The notes beneath the pieces were generated by a model that was not told the origin of the DNA, made no database searches, and worked only from the letters and a program-made list of their open reading frames with translations. The position numbers were made by a program, and so were the translations under genes. DNA of 64,000 nt, from contig OZ024740.1 of NCBI GenBank assembly GCA_964016885.1, positions 402,814,001 to 402,878,000 of the forward strand, read 5' to 3'. This document shows positions 49,363 through 64,000 of this stretch, piece after piece; positions within the stretch are counted from its first letter, which is position 1; each line of letters opens with the position of its first letter. Source of the stretch: Eledone cirrhosa. Its lineage: Eukaryota.

Positions 49363-52110
49363 GATATGCGTGCGATTTTATGTGTGCATATATATATGTA
49401 TATTATGTATATATGTATGTATATTTATATATATATGTATGTATATAAACTATGCATCTATGCTTCTTTTTTTTTTGTCGTAATTTTCACTGATAATCTC
49501 TCGTTATATTCATAATGTTGACTTTGCTATGCTTTGTTGGTGATGTCTGCTATAAAAATAAATGGCTAGATCATACTTTTGAACAACGAACCCCCTCTCT
49601 ATATATAATATTCTCCCCCACTCCCACTTACATAGGCGTGCATACATATGTGTGCGATCATACCTACACTAAAAACACTTTAGATACATTTCTAAACAAA
49701 ATCTAATACAACAAAACAGGCATTCACACTGGAAGATGCAAAAAGAGGCATCATCGGTACTTAAAAGAGGAAACAAACAAAAAAATGTTCTACAATGAAA
49801 AGATAATGCTGTAATAGGCTTAAATAAATAGACCTTGCTTCACCGAAATATTTACATCAAAGTGACCATGAAATGTGAGTATGCATATACGCATGTATGT
49901 TAATACATATTAATGTTTTTAATGTTTGTGTGTGAATATACATTTATTTTCAGTTTTTTTCTATATTTATTTTTCTTTCTTTTTCTATATATTTCGATCA
50001 TTTCTTAGATAAATTATTAAAGACACTTTTTTTTTTGCTTTCTGTTGGTGAGCTCTACAAAACGAGACAATATCCCAGCCATACATGACGCCATGAGGTG
50101 ATTTCTTTTCTCGGTTGAAGCAGTTTCGTTTCAGTTACAAAATTAAACAATTAACACCCTTGGAAAGAAAATAAATCAACATTAGACTTACCCCGATGTC
50201 CCTCAGTTCTAACTACATACACTGATTCAAGATAATATATCTTTTTTTTTCACTCCTTGTAGCATATAGCAGTCATTCCCTTCCGTTCTTAGGCACATAA
50301 GACGGCACTTACACTACGTAGATAATAGAAACCTCGAAAATATATTTCAATGGGACATAACAGCTTAGTTTCTTTCAAGACAACCAAGACACAAACTGTA
50401 CATATCTGGAAGTAATGTAGCACACCGCTCCTATACATCAAAATATATTGCTACCTGTTCGATCGTATGAGTAGACATGTTCTGATTCCTGGGAACAATT
50501 TTTTATAAATGCTGTTATCATTCTTGAAATATAGGAGCTGGGGGAGTATGGTGTTATTGCAATGGAACAGTAGATAGAATGCGATCAATTGCTTTTTGGT
50601 GCCCTAATTCTGGCCCTACACTTCATATTTCATAAGAGATATCATACATGTTGCTAGAAATAGCAGCAAAATATCTCTAAAACCACTCACAATTGTTTAA
50701 AAGAAACAAGAAACGACACATTGGGTAGTGTAGTCTGATATAAAATAGATCTAGACAGATAGGGGTGTTCATAGCTAGAACACATTGGGTCATATGTCAA
50801 AACATCAGAATTGATCTAGGTCTAAATATTAACAAAACCAAATATGCGAAACAATGAAAGGGCTCGTACAGAATCACTTAGCATACACGGAAAAGCAATC
50901 GAATCTAACCAAATGACATTTTTTTGCTTATCAAAAGAGAGACAGATTGTGGACTCTACTTCTAGGTAATTTGTTTCTCAAAGGCAGCTTCGATAGTGAC
51001 TTGTGAAATCATTTTAAACATAGGTATCCTTGATCAGAATAACAAACAAAATAGGAACAATATCGTATAACTGAATCGTGTGTAAACGGCTATATTGCTA
51101 TTTAAAACTGCAATCATTCACCAGTGTGTATTGTATAGACTCGTAATCCTGGGGAAGTCATAGAGACATGGTTGTAATATAATACATGATTTGGCCATTT
51201 TCTTAATCTAGTGGAATCCATCCTCTCTCCAGGTCTAAGCACAGCTGACGTTTTCGAGAAAACGAAAGAGAGAGTGGTAGAGAGGAAGTGAGAAAGATAT
51301 ATTGAGGAAGAGTCTACCCAGCACTAGACTGGTACTTTTTATCGACTTCGAAAGGATGAAAGGTAAAGTTGACCAGCGACTCAGAGCGCAGACAATCGGA
51401 AAGATTATCGCAAATAAATCATTCTGCCCGACAGTTTAACGATTCTGCTAAATCGCCGTCAATCTTCACCACAGTACGAAGTAAATAACATTGTTATTAT
51501 TATTGCTGTTTTGTTTTCGTTTAGTCCAAGGTCAACACTAATCAAGCAGGTGGTAAATCTAATAGAAATCATGACGATGTTGACGGTGGTGAAGGTGATT
51601 ATGGTGACTTATCACCACCAGGAAGCGTCACACAATATTACAGCGCTGTCATTGTTACTCAAAGAGTGTAGCCTACAATGTTTGTGGTGGTACTTCTAAG
51701 ACGTAACTGACTGAGGCGTGTGTGGGTGAATAAGCATCTGGCTCTTCTAGTTGAAGAGAATGATTTGCGGTGAACGCGGTTAGTTTCTACTTACTACATA
51801 ATGCTAACGGCTTTTCGAGTTGTCTGTCTGTCCAACTATGTTTACCTGTATTGTCGTACTTATTTTATGTATTGATTTATTTCTCTATAAGTCAGTCTCT
51901 TTTTCTTTGTCTCCTGCTGTACTCACACATAGTTTTATTAATGCACAGGCACATACATATATACGCTAATATATATGTATATATATTGTGTGTGTGTGTG
52001 TTCATTTATATGTGTTCATGTATGTATATGTATATATATGTATGTATATATTATGTATATATATATATATAAGTGTGTGTGTGTGTGTGTGTGTGTAAGT
52101 GAGTGTGTGC

Positions 52111-52266
<156 letters not shown>

Positions 52267-52434
52267 CTGTCAGTTCTTGTTCGGAATGGCTACAGTAAAC
52301 ATGTGCGATTGAAGCGACAGAGTTGGAAGTAAAGGGAGAAAAAGAATTTAGAGTTTATAAATCAACTCATTTTTTGTTTGTATATTTTTTCGATCTTGTA
52401 TTTATTATACATACACAAACACATACATCCGCAC

Positions 52435-52503
<69 letters not shown>

Positions 52504-52554
52504 AATATACATATATATATGTATTAAATATATATATATATGTGTGTGCCTGTT

Positions 52555-52748
52555 AGATCGCTCTCGATCGCTACTGGTAACATGTAGCCGAGTACAACCT
52601 GTCACATGGTAGGGTCATCGGGGACTAAACGGGTAACCCTACCAGGCTTCGTTAGGAGGAGGATGCGTTGGGGCGCCGTGTGGGATGAAAGACCCGTTGA
52701 AGAGGAGAAGAGGAGTGGAATTGAGGAGCGTCAAAGGTCATCCAATAC
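52555..52748 (+). mobile_element. Repeat family R, copy 4 (5' module only)
   Basis: GCTACTGGTAACATGTAGCCGAGTACAACCTGTCACATGGTAGGGTC...GACTAAAC is the reverse complement of 90-262 and 2700-2880. Confidence 0.6.
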
Positions 52749-53066
52749 TGTGTACATATATATACATTGCGTGAAAATGTGTATATTTGTATGTTCCATA
52801 GTGTCGGTTGGACCCTGTAATCGCTCTAAATCAACCAAACTAAAGTCTGAGACTATCGTATTATCTGACATGTGGTACACCGTGCACCAGAGCAGGACTT
52901 GATTCTATAATGGTGAGTAAATGGGTTAAATAAGACATATATGCCTGTTTTTCGGTAAATCAACTATTTACCTTCGCATCTTTTGTGCGTTGTAAATTCT
53001 ATGTAAATGGACCTCAGATGCCATATCATATATGCCGAGCCCTCGTCTGCCCTTGGCGATGGGACA

Positions 53067-53186
<120 letters not shown>

Positions 53187-53243
53187 TTGTGTGTGTATGT
53201 TTGTGTGAGTGTGTGTGTGTGAGTGTGTGTGTGTGCGTGTTTT

Positions 53244-53303
<60 letters not shown>

Positions 53304-53709
53304 TATATATATATATAAGAGAAGGGAAGATAGGTAGAATGGGAGAAGCACATACCGTATAGTATAGTAGTATAGTGCGGGCATATTGTCATCCAATCAT
53401 TAGCCATGTACCACTTATAGCAAACTTATTATCAACACGGCTATTATTGTAGATACAAAAAAACTATTAGACATTGCTTTTACTGACTCGGTTGTTATTG
53501 CTATTCAATACCTGGGAATTTACATATGATATAAATACAAACAATCATTAATACGTGTCTACCAATAATATGATGAGTTATAGCAAGGAAATAGATTCTA
53601 CCCAACACTTATATATATATGTGTGTGTGTGTGTGTAAGTGAGTGTATGTGAGTGAGAGAGAGTGTGTATGTGCCTGTGTGTGCCTTTGTGTGTGTGTAT
53701 ACACACACA

Positions 53710-53819
<110 letters not shown>

Positions 53820-53905
53820 TATTATTATCAGTGGTAGTACAAGTTAAAGTTTAAGTAAAAAATCGCTGCTTTCACCCTTTTACTAGATCTTTTGAAACTA
53901 CGGTT

Positions 53906-53937
<32 letters not shown>

Positions 53938-54081
53938 ATGTATAATAAACAATACAATATAATTACCTCATTACCAGAGGTTTACCGAATAAGACGAATA
54001 CGAAAGAAACGTCCTCATTCGTTCGTCGGACAAGGCAATATAAAACATAGTGAAATATTTGGAAAGTCTCCTCAAGAAATG

Positions 54082-54128
<47 letters not shown>

Positions 54129-55347
54129 GGTAATGCAATAGACATATAATATATATAAAAAATATAAGGAAATATAGTTAGGTGTGTGTATATGTATGTA
54201 TATAGACTCACAAATGTACATATGTATGTATGTACAAATGCGTGTATATGGTGAAAATGTGTGCGTAAGTACATATATGAGGGCAAGTATATTTGTGTAT
54301 ATGTAACCACAAATACGGATATAATCTAGTTGACATGAATCCAGAAGCAGGTATTAGATACACATATGAGTATGAAAGCACGCGTATAAACACACACACA
54401 CGCGCGATCACTTATATGCGGAAGATAAATGGGGAAGGGAGTGTAATAGTTAAAAGAAAGTGTCATTCTCGATATATGTATAAAAATGAATCAATATATA
54501 AGAAAGAAAAAATGTTTAAATGAAAGAGAAAGTAGTCAATTAACACTAGAGAAAAGAAAAAGAAAGAAAAGAAGATACACGCGTACATACACATATATCT
54601 ATAAAAGACATATATCTATAAAAAGATATATATATATACACGCAATACGTACAGACAAAAGCGTGTGCATGCGTACATACATGCACAGGATGCACGTATA
54701 CATATACATACATATCGCCCATGTATATCTAATCACACGTACGTACGCGACTGTATTTATATATATACATATATATATATACACGCACACATACACACCC
54801 ATACATACAATACATATATACACACATACACACAAACATATTCATGTACATTGACCCGCTTACACACACACACACATAAAAATAAGAATGTAAAAAACAT
54901 AGATGTAAAAACACAGATATAAAAACACACATACGTACACATATATATACACGCACGCACGCGCGCATACGGAGGCGTTCGTGTACACATACAGAACGTA
55001 TACACACATAAAGACGCTCAGACACATAGATACAGGGTGTAAAGCAGCCTTATGAATAAATGACTACAAATATAAAAATATAAAATTGGCTGCGAAATAA
55101 CAGAAAATATCTGGAGTGGAAAACGCAAGTGACCAGATTAATCAGGTAGTAAAGAAAATAGGGAAGTAAAATGTGGAAAGTGAAGATATTAGGTAAGTGA
55201 ATCGAAGAATAAAGGGGAGGGGTTACTGGTGGATGTGAAGTAAAAATAAAGATAAAAATAAAAATAAAATTAATAATAAGGTTAAAAATGAAAGTAAATC
55301 AGAAAGAGTCGTCTTTAAAGTGAATAATTTAAGTGAAGAATAAGAGC

Positions 55348-57477
55348 TTATGGAGGATAAGTATCTGAATGTGAGTTAAGTTTATATGAGCTGGAAAGCA
55401 AGTGTGATTTTATGTGTGGGCAACTGGTGAAAATTTCTGTCTTTGTATTTAGGCAGGTTTTTGGTGATTTAAGGTTTTGTAAAATCCAATATTTTTCGTT
55501 TATGCAGAGTGTGCATTTTCTTGTTCCTCTTGCATATTCTTTAGGTTGGTTCAAAATTGACCAATCCAATATATATTGGATACCTTGGTCTTTCAAATCC
55601 CATATTCTGCTAGCAAGAGCTGTTGTGAATCTTTTTTCTGGATGTCGAAAGGATGCGACATGTGAGTAATAACGCGTTTTGAATTTGTCTTGTGTCATAC
55701 CCACATATCGTTCACTGGTGGCTGGTTGGTTGTTGCTGATGGTTGTTACTTTAGCCGCATATACAATGGTTTTGGTGTTGCATTTACCTTGTAATGGGCA
55801 TTCACTTTTGACTCTACAGGAGCAATTTTGATGTTCTCTAGGTGATTTTTTCTTGATGATATAAGATTTAATAGGGAGAACGCAGGAGTAGCTAATTTTG
55901 ACACAGTTTCTATTAAAGATCTTATAGTATCTATGTGTTCTAGGGAAATGTTTATCTAAGAGCTCTAGGAATTTTTTGCCTACATTAGTTTTTACTGCTA
56001 GAGAGTAAGGGAGTGTGAACCAGATTATGTTTCTTTTCCTATTTTTATGTTTAAAAGAGTTAGTATTGTTGAGTATGTATTTAATCGGTTCACTAAATCC
56101 GTTATTTTGGAGGGTTTTATTATAGTAGGGGGATGCCTTATTGAAAATAGCTTCTGAGGAAGCGAGGGTGGAGATCCTACGGTTAATATTAGGGATAAGG
56201 TTTTTAAAAACTATAGGAGGATGGCAAGAGCCTTTATTTATATATGTTAAATTTTCATTAGGTTTATGGTATGGTTTATAAGAAGCAGTAGGCAAATCTA
56301 GGTTTATATCTAGGAAATTAACATTGGAAAGGTTAGTGTCAACAGTAATTTTAAGATTAAAACTAGCAAAGGTTTTTATTAAGTCTTTCCTTAATCTATC
56401 TAAGTTATGGCCTATGGTGGTATGGGAAAGTATTAGACCATCGTCGCGATAAAGCCCAAAAATATGGTTAGGGAATTTTTCTTTAAGTGTGTGTAGGAGG
56501 AATAGGCCGACTAAATCACAAACATCAGCACTATCAAAAGAGCCCATTGAGACATCGGACGGGCTCTCTGGGTTAGATATTTTTACCCAAGTGTCATTAT
56601 CAGTAAAGAGTAGAGTGTTTCTAGCGTGCAAGATGACATTCTCTTCAATATCAGAGATATTGGTAAACTTTCTAGCGAAATTTAAAGCTTTCGCTAAAAG
56701 AGTCTGAATGATAGATGGGTAGAAATCTACAATGTCAATTCGGGTGAATCTAGAACTATTTTTATCTTTAATTTTATTAAACCAATGTACTACGGAAGAG
56801 CTATTTATCCATTGGAATAATTTAGACTTACTTCTAATGTGTGTGTTTATATCATTTTTTGCTGGCAAGACCGATATCAGTCTTAACAGGGTTGATTAAT
56901 CTACAACTAGGACGATTAATAAAGTCAGGTTTGTGATCTTTAAGGGTGATATATACATTATTTTTAGCAAGTTTTTCTGTCCTATTATCTATTTTTAAAG
57001 AAACAGCTAATTCTTTAGCTTCCTTATTTATATTATGATACGTGTTTATATTAGCTATTTGGTATTTAGAGGTGATATTATCTATTAATAGTTGGTCGTG
57101 TAAATTATTATTAACTTCGTATAGGTTTTTAATTTTGTCGGAGAAAATGAAGTTATTTTTAGAAGATTTGAATATTGAAATATCATTAGATAGTTTAGAT
57201 TGAAAAGGGTTAGAGTACTTACGAAAATTGATATTGTTGATTAGATTTACTAAGTCTAGTTCAAAAGCGGTCATATCTTTTACTCTTTGCGGGTATTTAT
57301 GAGATTTGATGTCAAAATGTTCCATAGAATCTGTGTTAAAATGTCCAGGAGAATCAAAGCTTTCCATCTCATTCTTTTAACAACCTTCTCTACTCTGTCT
57401 ATCAGCATTTTCGTGTAGAAAGTGTTAGAAGGTGTTGGGATATTCTTGATAGAGTAATCCAAAGGGTATTTATCCAT
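55348..57477 (-). pseudogene. Near-full-length Penelope-like element ORF (RT + C-terminal GIY-YIG, probably Naiad-like), two frameshifts (about 57350 and 56855)
   Basis: KRMRWKA, YITLKDHK, IDIVDFYPSI, MGSFDSADVCDLVG, LYRDDGL, NFLDI, CSCRVKSECPLQGKC, IVYAAKV...RYVGMT and CTLCINEK. The clade call is from recalled motifs. Confidence 0.88.
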
Positions 57478-57539
57478 GTTCAGTATTGGTTTAAAATCCT
57501 ATTGACTGAAGAGTGCTCGACTTTAAAAGGGCTGAATTG

Positions 57540-57689
<150 letters not shown>

Positions 57690-58252
57690 CGTTACAGAGC
57701 CCTGATCGTTATTACTATATGTATATATATATATAAAGAGAGAGGGGGGGTTACAATTTTATGTCGGGCTAGTGGAAGTTGTATGCGATAGCCATAACAT
57801 TTAAACAATCTCGTCACAAAATCAGAAGGCTCTTCGAGAAACATATGTGGTCACAATAATTTATTGACCTAGCCTTATCGATGAAGTTCCAATATTTATC
57901 CATGGACTTATTTTGGTCGTTTGCCTAAGCTAGAAATTATTATGTCAAAGACAATAAGTGTTGTGGCGATAAACTCGTATAGCATCAAACAAGATTATAT
58001 GAGCGAAGAATTACTTCCCTTTACTTTCTCCAATCTAATTTGGCCATGTACAACTTTACCTTTTAGCATTTGAGAGTTTATAAAATAAGTACCAGTCAAA
58101 ATATTATATAACTCTAATAGACTAAACGCTGCTTCATATGTAACAATATAACCAGACATATACATATGGGACATCCTGGAATGGATAGCGCCAAACTTTG
58201 ATATTAATTGTTATACCAACACCCACACAGGATGCCACTATTTAGTGCTAAA

Positions 58253-58440
58253 TGGCGGTGGATTGGCAGTAACGGTAGAAGGTCGGACGCCATGCTTTGC
58301 AGAATAGAGTTACGGCCCTTTACACTCTGAGTTCAATTCCTGCCGAGGTCAACTTTGCTTTTTATCCTTACGGGGTCAATAAAATAAAGTACTTGTAATG
58401 CACTGGGTAATTGCTGGCCTTGTGCCAAATGTAGAAACAA
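58253..58440 (+). mobile_element. SINE with 16-bp TSD
   Basis: ACTATTTAGTGCTAAA at 58237-58252 and 58440-58455. Confidence 0.92.
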
Positions 58441-59784
58441 CTATTTAGTGCTAAAACTCTCCCCTGCCCCATCTACATTAAGGGCCGGAAATTACAATAA
58501 CTTGAGATTCAAGGGCTCTCTTTTCTTTAATATGTTGCTAGAAAACTGATCTAGTTTGAGTGAATGTAGGTGTTTTCAAGAAGCATCTCGATATTCTGCT
58601 ACTATCAAAAAAATCTCGATATTCTGCTACTAGGCAAGAAACACAAAGTGGTCAAAGACGTCAAACAGCCAAATCCATCAACAGCCAACCAAGGAAATAT
58701 GGTTATAGAAAGTGTAGTAACAATGGCGGTATCCGAACATGGCCTATGCAAATGGGCTGGTGAAAAAAAGAATTATATATATATGTATATAGATATATGT
58801 GTGTGTGTGTGCGTAAATTGGACTGAGTGATAATATCAATAAGCTCATCATAGCACCAAGCTGGTTTGTAATTTGAATTTTCAAAGTTTCCTAAAGAAGA
58901 TAAAGTAGATTCTGTAACATAAAATGAAATGTATACTTTACAGAATTGAAACTGAATCTCAAAGGTCGATAGCAACAATTTGCAGCTACATCACGACACC
59001 CTTCGTTCTCCATATCGCAAATTATCGAAACAAATTAAAATTTATTCAATTATATGTTTGTCTTTCTATGCCTTTAACTTTAGGTTCAATTCTCTAACTA
59101 TTTATTTGAAAATAAAGAAAAATCAATCTGCAATATGTTTATATATTTTTGATAAGCTGCGTTGGTGTAAACAATAAGAAGCATTACTTTCACCACGAAC
59201 TAATTTCTATCTATACTCCTTAAATTGAGTGACGGATGGCAACGTTGATCTGACCCTCAAGCTGCAGCTTGTTTTCTATAGTTTGGATTGGCTTTGTATA
59301 ATTCAGTTCGACCGTCATCGCATTTTCTCTACTACAAAAATTTCAGTTTCTCCTACATCAAATCTGTAACGTACGACTAGTAATATATGTCCTGGACAAA
59401 AGGAAAACAGGGCTATAGGAGAAGTTAATAATGAGGCAATCTTTTTTCTCGTTATCTTACAAACCCTAGTCAGAACCTACATTGTGAAGAAGTGTACTAT
59501 AAGTCTTCTATCGAATTTTCGAAACTCTCATGATCTTTAGTCGGTATATTTCCAAATAATTTGATTTCTAATTCAGGCACAGTGATACACATTTTAGATG
59601 AAAGGACAGTCTATCATATCGACACAACGCTTGATTGGTATCTTATTTTATCGACCTCGGTGGGATGAAGGAGCCAAGTTGGCCTCAGTGGCAGTCAAAC
59701 TCAGAACTTAAAGTGATGCAATTAGACAACAATTAGTTTATTACCAAGAGATACTGTAAACACACATCATCGTGTATTATTACA

Positions 59785-59962
59785 AGGCAGTATCAGTAGA
59801 GGTCGGACGCCATGCTTTCCAGCATAGTTATGTCCCTTTACGATCTGAGTTCAAATCCCGCCGAGGTTGACTTTGCCTTTCATCCTTACGGGGTCGATAA
59901 AATAAAGTACCAGTAATGAACTGGGTATTTGCTGGCCTTGTGCCTAAAGCAGAAACAATTAT
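59785..59962 (+). mobile_element. SINE
   Basis: Near-full copy with TTATTACAA on both sides. Degenerate copies lie nearby (59570-59710 minus, 60070-60225 plus). Confidence 0.88.
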
Positions 59963-61738
59963 TACAAAAATGTATCAATATAGATTTCTACATCGAAGCA
60001 TTTGAAAAATTTGAATGATTCATCGTTTTCTGCCCACAGTACATCATTATTTTGTTTTACTTAAATGACGTAGGCGGCAAATTGGCAGAGTTATTACAGC
60101 ATCGGATGGAATCTTTTGGTGTATTTGTTCCAACTCTTTGAATTTTCTCAGATCAAATCCTGCCGCAATCCGTTTTTCTACCATCCTTTCGAAGTCGATA
60201 AGATATGCCAGTCCAGTACTGGGGTAGACTCTTCCTCTATAGCTTTCTCAGTTTTCCCCCTCTCTTTCTCTCTCTCTCGCCTTCTGTAGAAGAAATTGGC
60301 TGTGCTCCGCCAACTTTTAAAATCCTAACGGCGCGCACACGATTCCATCACCTGTTCCATATATACATATTTAAATTTTACTTACTAAATCACTGGCAGT
60401 TTATGAAAAAGAAAACTCAAATATGGTAGATGAAGAAAACAAAGCACTATAATATACAACGTAGATCAGTTGGTTTTACATTTTTAGTTTAATATCTTAC
60501 AATTAGATTCAAGTGTGACACATTAATCTCATATCAAACACTTTATTATAATTAGTGAGAGCGCTAACACGGCTTAGCATGTTCACGGCTAAGAATATTC
60601 GTAGTGAGAGTGAAAATATATTCACTATTCGTAAATATATTGTATATATGGGTTCAGATATATAACTAGCGATGAGAAATTGGCTTGAAATGGGAAATAC
60701 TTTCTAACAAGGTGAACGATTATGTAAAAACACTTTTGTTGATTTATTCATACCAGAAGAACAGTGGACAAACTATTTATACTTCAACTATTTCTGCATT
60801 TTACAACCCCGAGTACACTAACAAAGTATTTTGGGGATCACATCGCATATTTCCCCGAGTCGAGATTAATTATTGTTCAGTTTAAAATACGCTGGTAAGA
60901 AGAGTTTAAAATGAAATTGAATCTCCATTTGGTACATGGACAGATTAGCTCTGAATATCATAACCTCATTTTAAAGAATCCAGAAAAAACAAATGCAAAT
61001 TTGAACCATTAGTTAGAGGCTTGCAAATTGCAGAAATAGTTGGAGTATTATTGATAAGTCAACTAAAGAGCTTCAACTGGATCGAACTCACGACCTTAAG
61101 ATCGTGAATGGAGACCGGCGTGCATTCTCAGTAAAGAAGACATTTTATAAAATAGTCTTTAAAACAATAAAGCTGATATTTATGGTTACGAATTTCGGAT
61201 TTACAGCAACTTGTTCATGGGATTGAAAACACTGTACGAGTCGTTAGCCAGTGTCTTCCACGAGTAAAATTTGGAGGCCTCCTGTATACACACATTCATA
61301 TATTCTACAGTCTCCATCAACCAAGTTACACTCACAAGCATTAGTCAGCCTAAAGCTTTAGTAGAAAACACTTGCTCAAGATACCGCACAGTAGGACTGA
61401 AATCAGAATCACCTGCTTACGAAGCGAACTTCTTAGTCATACAGGCATGCCTACGCGCACACACATGGTGCTGCTATTAAGTGAGACATGGCTTGGGCAA
61501 ATCCTGGCCAACACGTATCAAAGTTATCAAAGTTATCAAAGTTATATTGATATAGATATATATATATGTATGTATGTATATACGTGTCCCAACGACTTTT
61601 TTTTAGCCGTTGCTCGCACCAACCTGAGGTATATGGCCTTTAATGCGACGAAATGCCTACGACGGTTGGATGGCCACTGATGAGGACAAACTTGTTCATA
61701 TGTAACCCATTTGCAGCGCCGCAGCTCCATTATTATCA

Positions 61739-61837
<99 letters not shown>

Positions 61838-61844
61838 TTGTGTG

Positions 61845-62030
61845 GAGTTCAATCGGGGGTAACCACAGTAAGTAAGGTACTCAATACATAGCAGAGTATA
61901 AGCGTTTAATATAGAAATGACTTCTACAGGACTAGAACTGTTTCATTCGAAGGAAATCACCAGGAAATCCCTCATGATTTACTTGGAATGAAACAGTTCT
62001 AGTCCTGTAGAAGCCATTTTTATATTAAGC
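61845..62030. repeat. Repeat family P copy with a 43-bp inverted repeat
   Basis: The arms at 61906-61948 and 61986-62028 have 2 mismatches and a 37-nt spacer. The upstream part matches 470-575. Confidence 0.8.
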
Positions 62031-62724
62031 ACACACACATATATATAAATAATTTATATATATATATATATATTATCACATTTCTTCAAATGTGTGTTCA
62101 TTCTGTAACATATTTTTTATGTTTTTATGCCACTTAATAAGTTCTTTATTTTTTTTTTTTTTCTATTTATATCTTTAATTATTTCTATGTATATCAACCT
62201 TTAGCAGTTGGAATGGAGAGACAAGCGATGCTAACATAAGAGCCATTTACAGTGAACTTAGCGTGGCAGACTTCGTTCACTTGTCAACTGATGTGGTTAA
62301 AATTATTCAATTTACGTGCATTGTGCTCTGATTGACCCATGACACGGTAACAAGGCCATAAATTCGGCAGACCGTTAAAAAGAATGAAACAAAACCGCCC
62401 ATTTCTTTATTTTATTCTGTTATTGTTTTTTGCTTTTTTTTTGTTTTTTTTATTTGTTATTTTATCGTTCATTTGTTTATTATTTGTTTCTTTTTCGCGC
62501 TTTTTCTATTTATTTTTTTATTTTTCATATTTTTGTTTTCATTCATGTTTTTTTGTGTATTCTTTGTTTGGTTTATTTATTTATTCATTCATTGTATAGC
62601 TTACCTCTCCCCGCCTTTGTCCTATATCCCCTCACACCACCACTATCTTCTCCTTAATCTTATTTATTTTGCAGTGAGGCTGGGAGGGGATATATATAAA
62701 ACACACACACACTCTCTCACATAC

Positions 62725-62799
62725 TGGTAGAGGCAGATCAGTGTTCAGGTGATCCTGTGGACGGGTGTTTGGCTGTGTGGGCGGCAGTTCTTTATGGAG
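62725..62799 (-). CDS. Candidate 75-nt host coding exon (LHKELPPTQPNTRPQDHLNTDLPLP)
   Basis: Strong acceptor CTTTCTTTTGTCTGCTTGTTAG| and donor CCA|GTATGT. The length is a multiple of 3, only phase 0 is open, and it is a GC-richer island in low-complexity flanks. Confidence 0.5.
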
Positions 62800-63344
62800 C
62801 TAACAAGCAGACAAAAGAAAGAGTCGAGAAAATAAATGAAACAACTATAAGAGCATCCAAAAAAGTCGCACAAGTCATGCATATTGTTGTTGGATTAGTT
62901 GTTGTTGTTGTTGTTGTTGTCACTATTGTTGCTGTTTATAGTGTTGTTTTTGTTAGGTTTGTTGTTTTTGTTGTTCTAGTTATTGTTAAGCTATGATAGG
63001 TGGAGAAAGGCTCAGAAAAAGAAAAGAAAAGGCGGAAAATGGGAAAAATAAAAGTTAGACTGAGGGCAGGAAATGAAGGCTATTCTGAATAGGATAACTA
63101 AAGAATGAGTGTAGCTTCGTTTACCAATGAATGGCAAGAGGCCATGACAAAATGATCACTGACCAGGATTGTTAAGGGAGTTATCCTGCCTATCTGATTG
63201 ATTTCAGATTGATTACTTATCAATTTAGCGAAAAGGTGAACTTTGTATACACAGCGGTCATCGACGTCATCATGGCAGTCATCTTTTAACACCACCTGCC
63301 ACTGATAATACCCATCTACTGTGTAACCTGCTTCTTTATTACTA

Positions 63345-63524
63345 GTGATGATGAAGCTGCTGCTGTTGTTGATGACGATGATGATGGTGATGATGATGGT
63401 TATGATGATGGTGATGGTGGTGATGAGGGTTATAATGATGTTAGTGGGGGATCTTGTTGGTGAGGTTGGTGATGCTGATGAAGGTGATTATGTTGGTAAT
63501 AAGAAAAATCATGACCATGATGAG

Positions 63525-63555
<31 letters not shown>

Positions 63556-63570
63556 AGGAGGTGGAGGATG
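63345..63570. repeat. (GAT)n-type trinucleotide repeat
   Basis: Direct reading. Confidence 0.9.
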
Positions 63571-64000
63571 ATATATCACTACCATCATCGACGTCAACTT
63601 CGTGGTCGGTGTTATGGTCACTCACATTTTCAGCGCGGTGATAACCATTCTTCTTTAATGATTTCTTCTTATTTAATTACTCCCAGCCCCTCGCTATGTC
63701 TAATGGTGTCTCCGGCAGTATTATTACCATTAACAACAACAGAATACAAACAACAACATGCTCTTTTTTATCCGGATTCTTATTGTGTCATATGTTTATT
63801 AATGGTATACATGTATCTTTAGATCGACTGTATTTAAGAAGGGGTGGATTGATGTTGACATGTGTTTCTGGTTAAAAACCAGCACCAAACAAATAAGTAA
63901 ATAAAAATAACAGCAATAAAAACTAATGACAAATGTACTTCTAGTAGACTGTGCTGTTTTCTTTTTATTTATTGGTTTTGTTTTTTGTTCATATGGCACC

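Overview
AT-rich eukaryotic (animal) DNA, dense in microsatellites and almost entirely repeat-derived. The (TA)n/(CA)n density and the repeat families suggest a cephalopod such as Octopus, but that is inference. Most predicted ORFs are microsatellite translation artefacts. The main content is: (1) a head-to-tail stack of four Tx1/L1-clade non-LTR retrotransposons from two subfamilies at 27.8-37.65 kb, separated by (GATA)n tracts and lacking poly(A) tails; one is a near-intact full-length copy. This is the strongest candidate for an undescribed microsatellite-targeting retroelement family. (2) Several Penelope-like elements (RT + GIY-YIG) with inverted pseudo-LTRs and minimal hammerhead motifs. 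(3) A CRE-like restriction-endonuclease LINE fragment. (4) About 20 copies of one tRNA-derived SINE, often with target-site duplications and in tandem. (5) Several long palindromes. (6) Two candidate minus-strand host exons. No rRNA, tRNA gene or CRISPR is supported.
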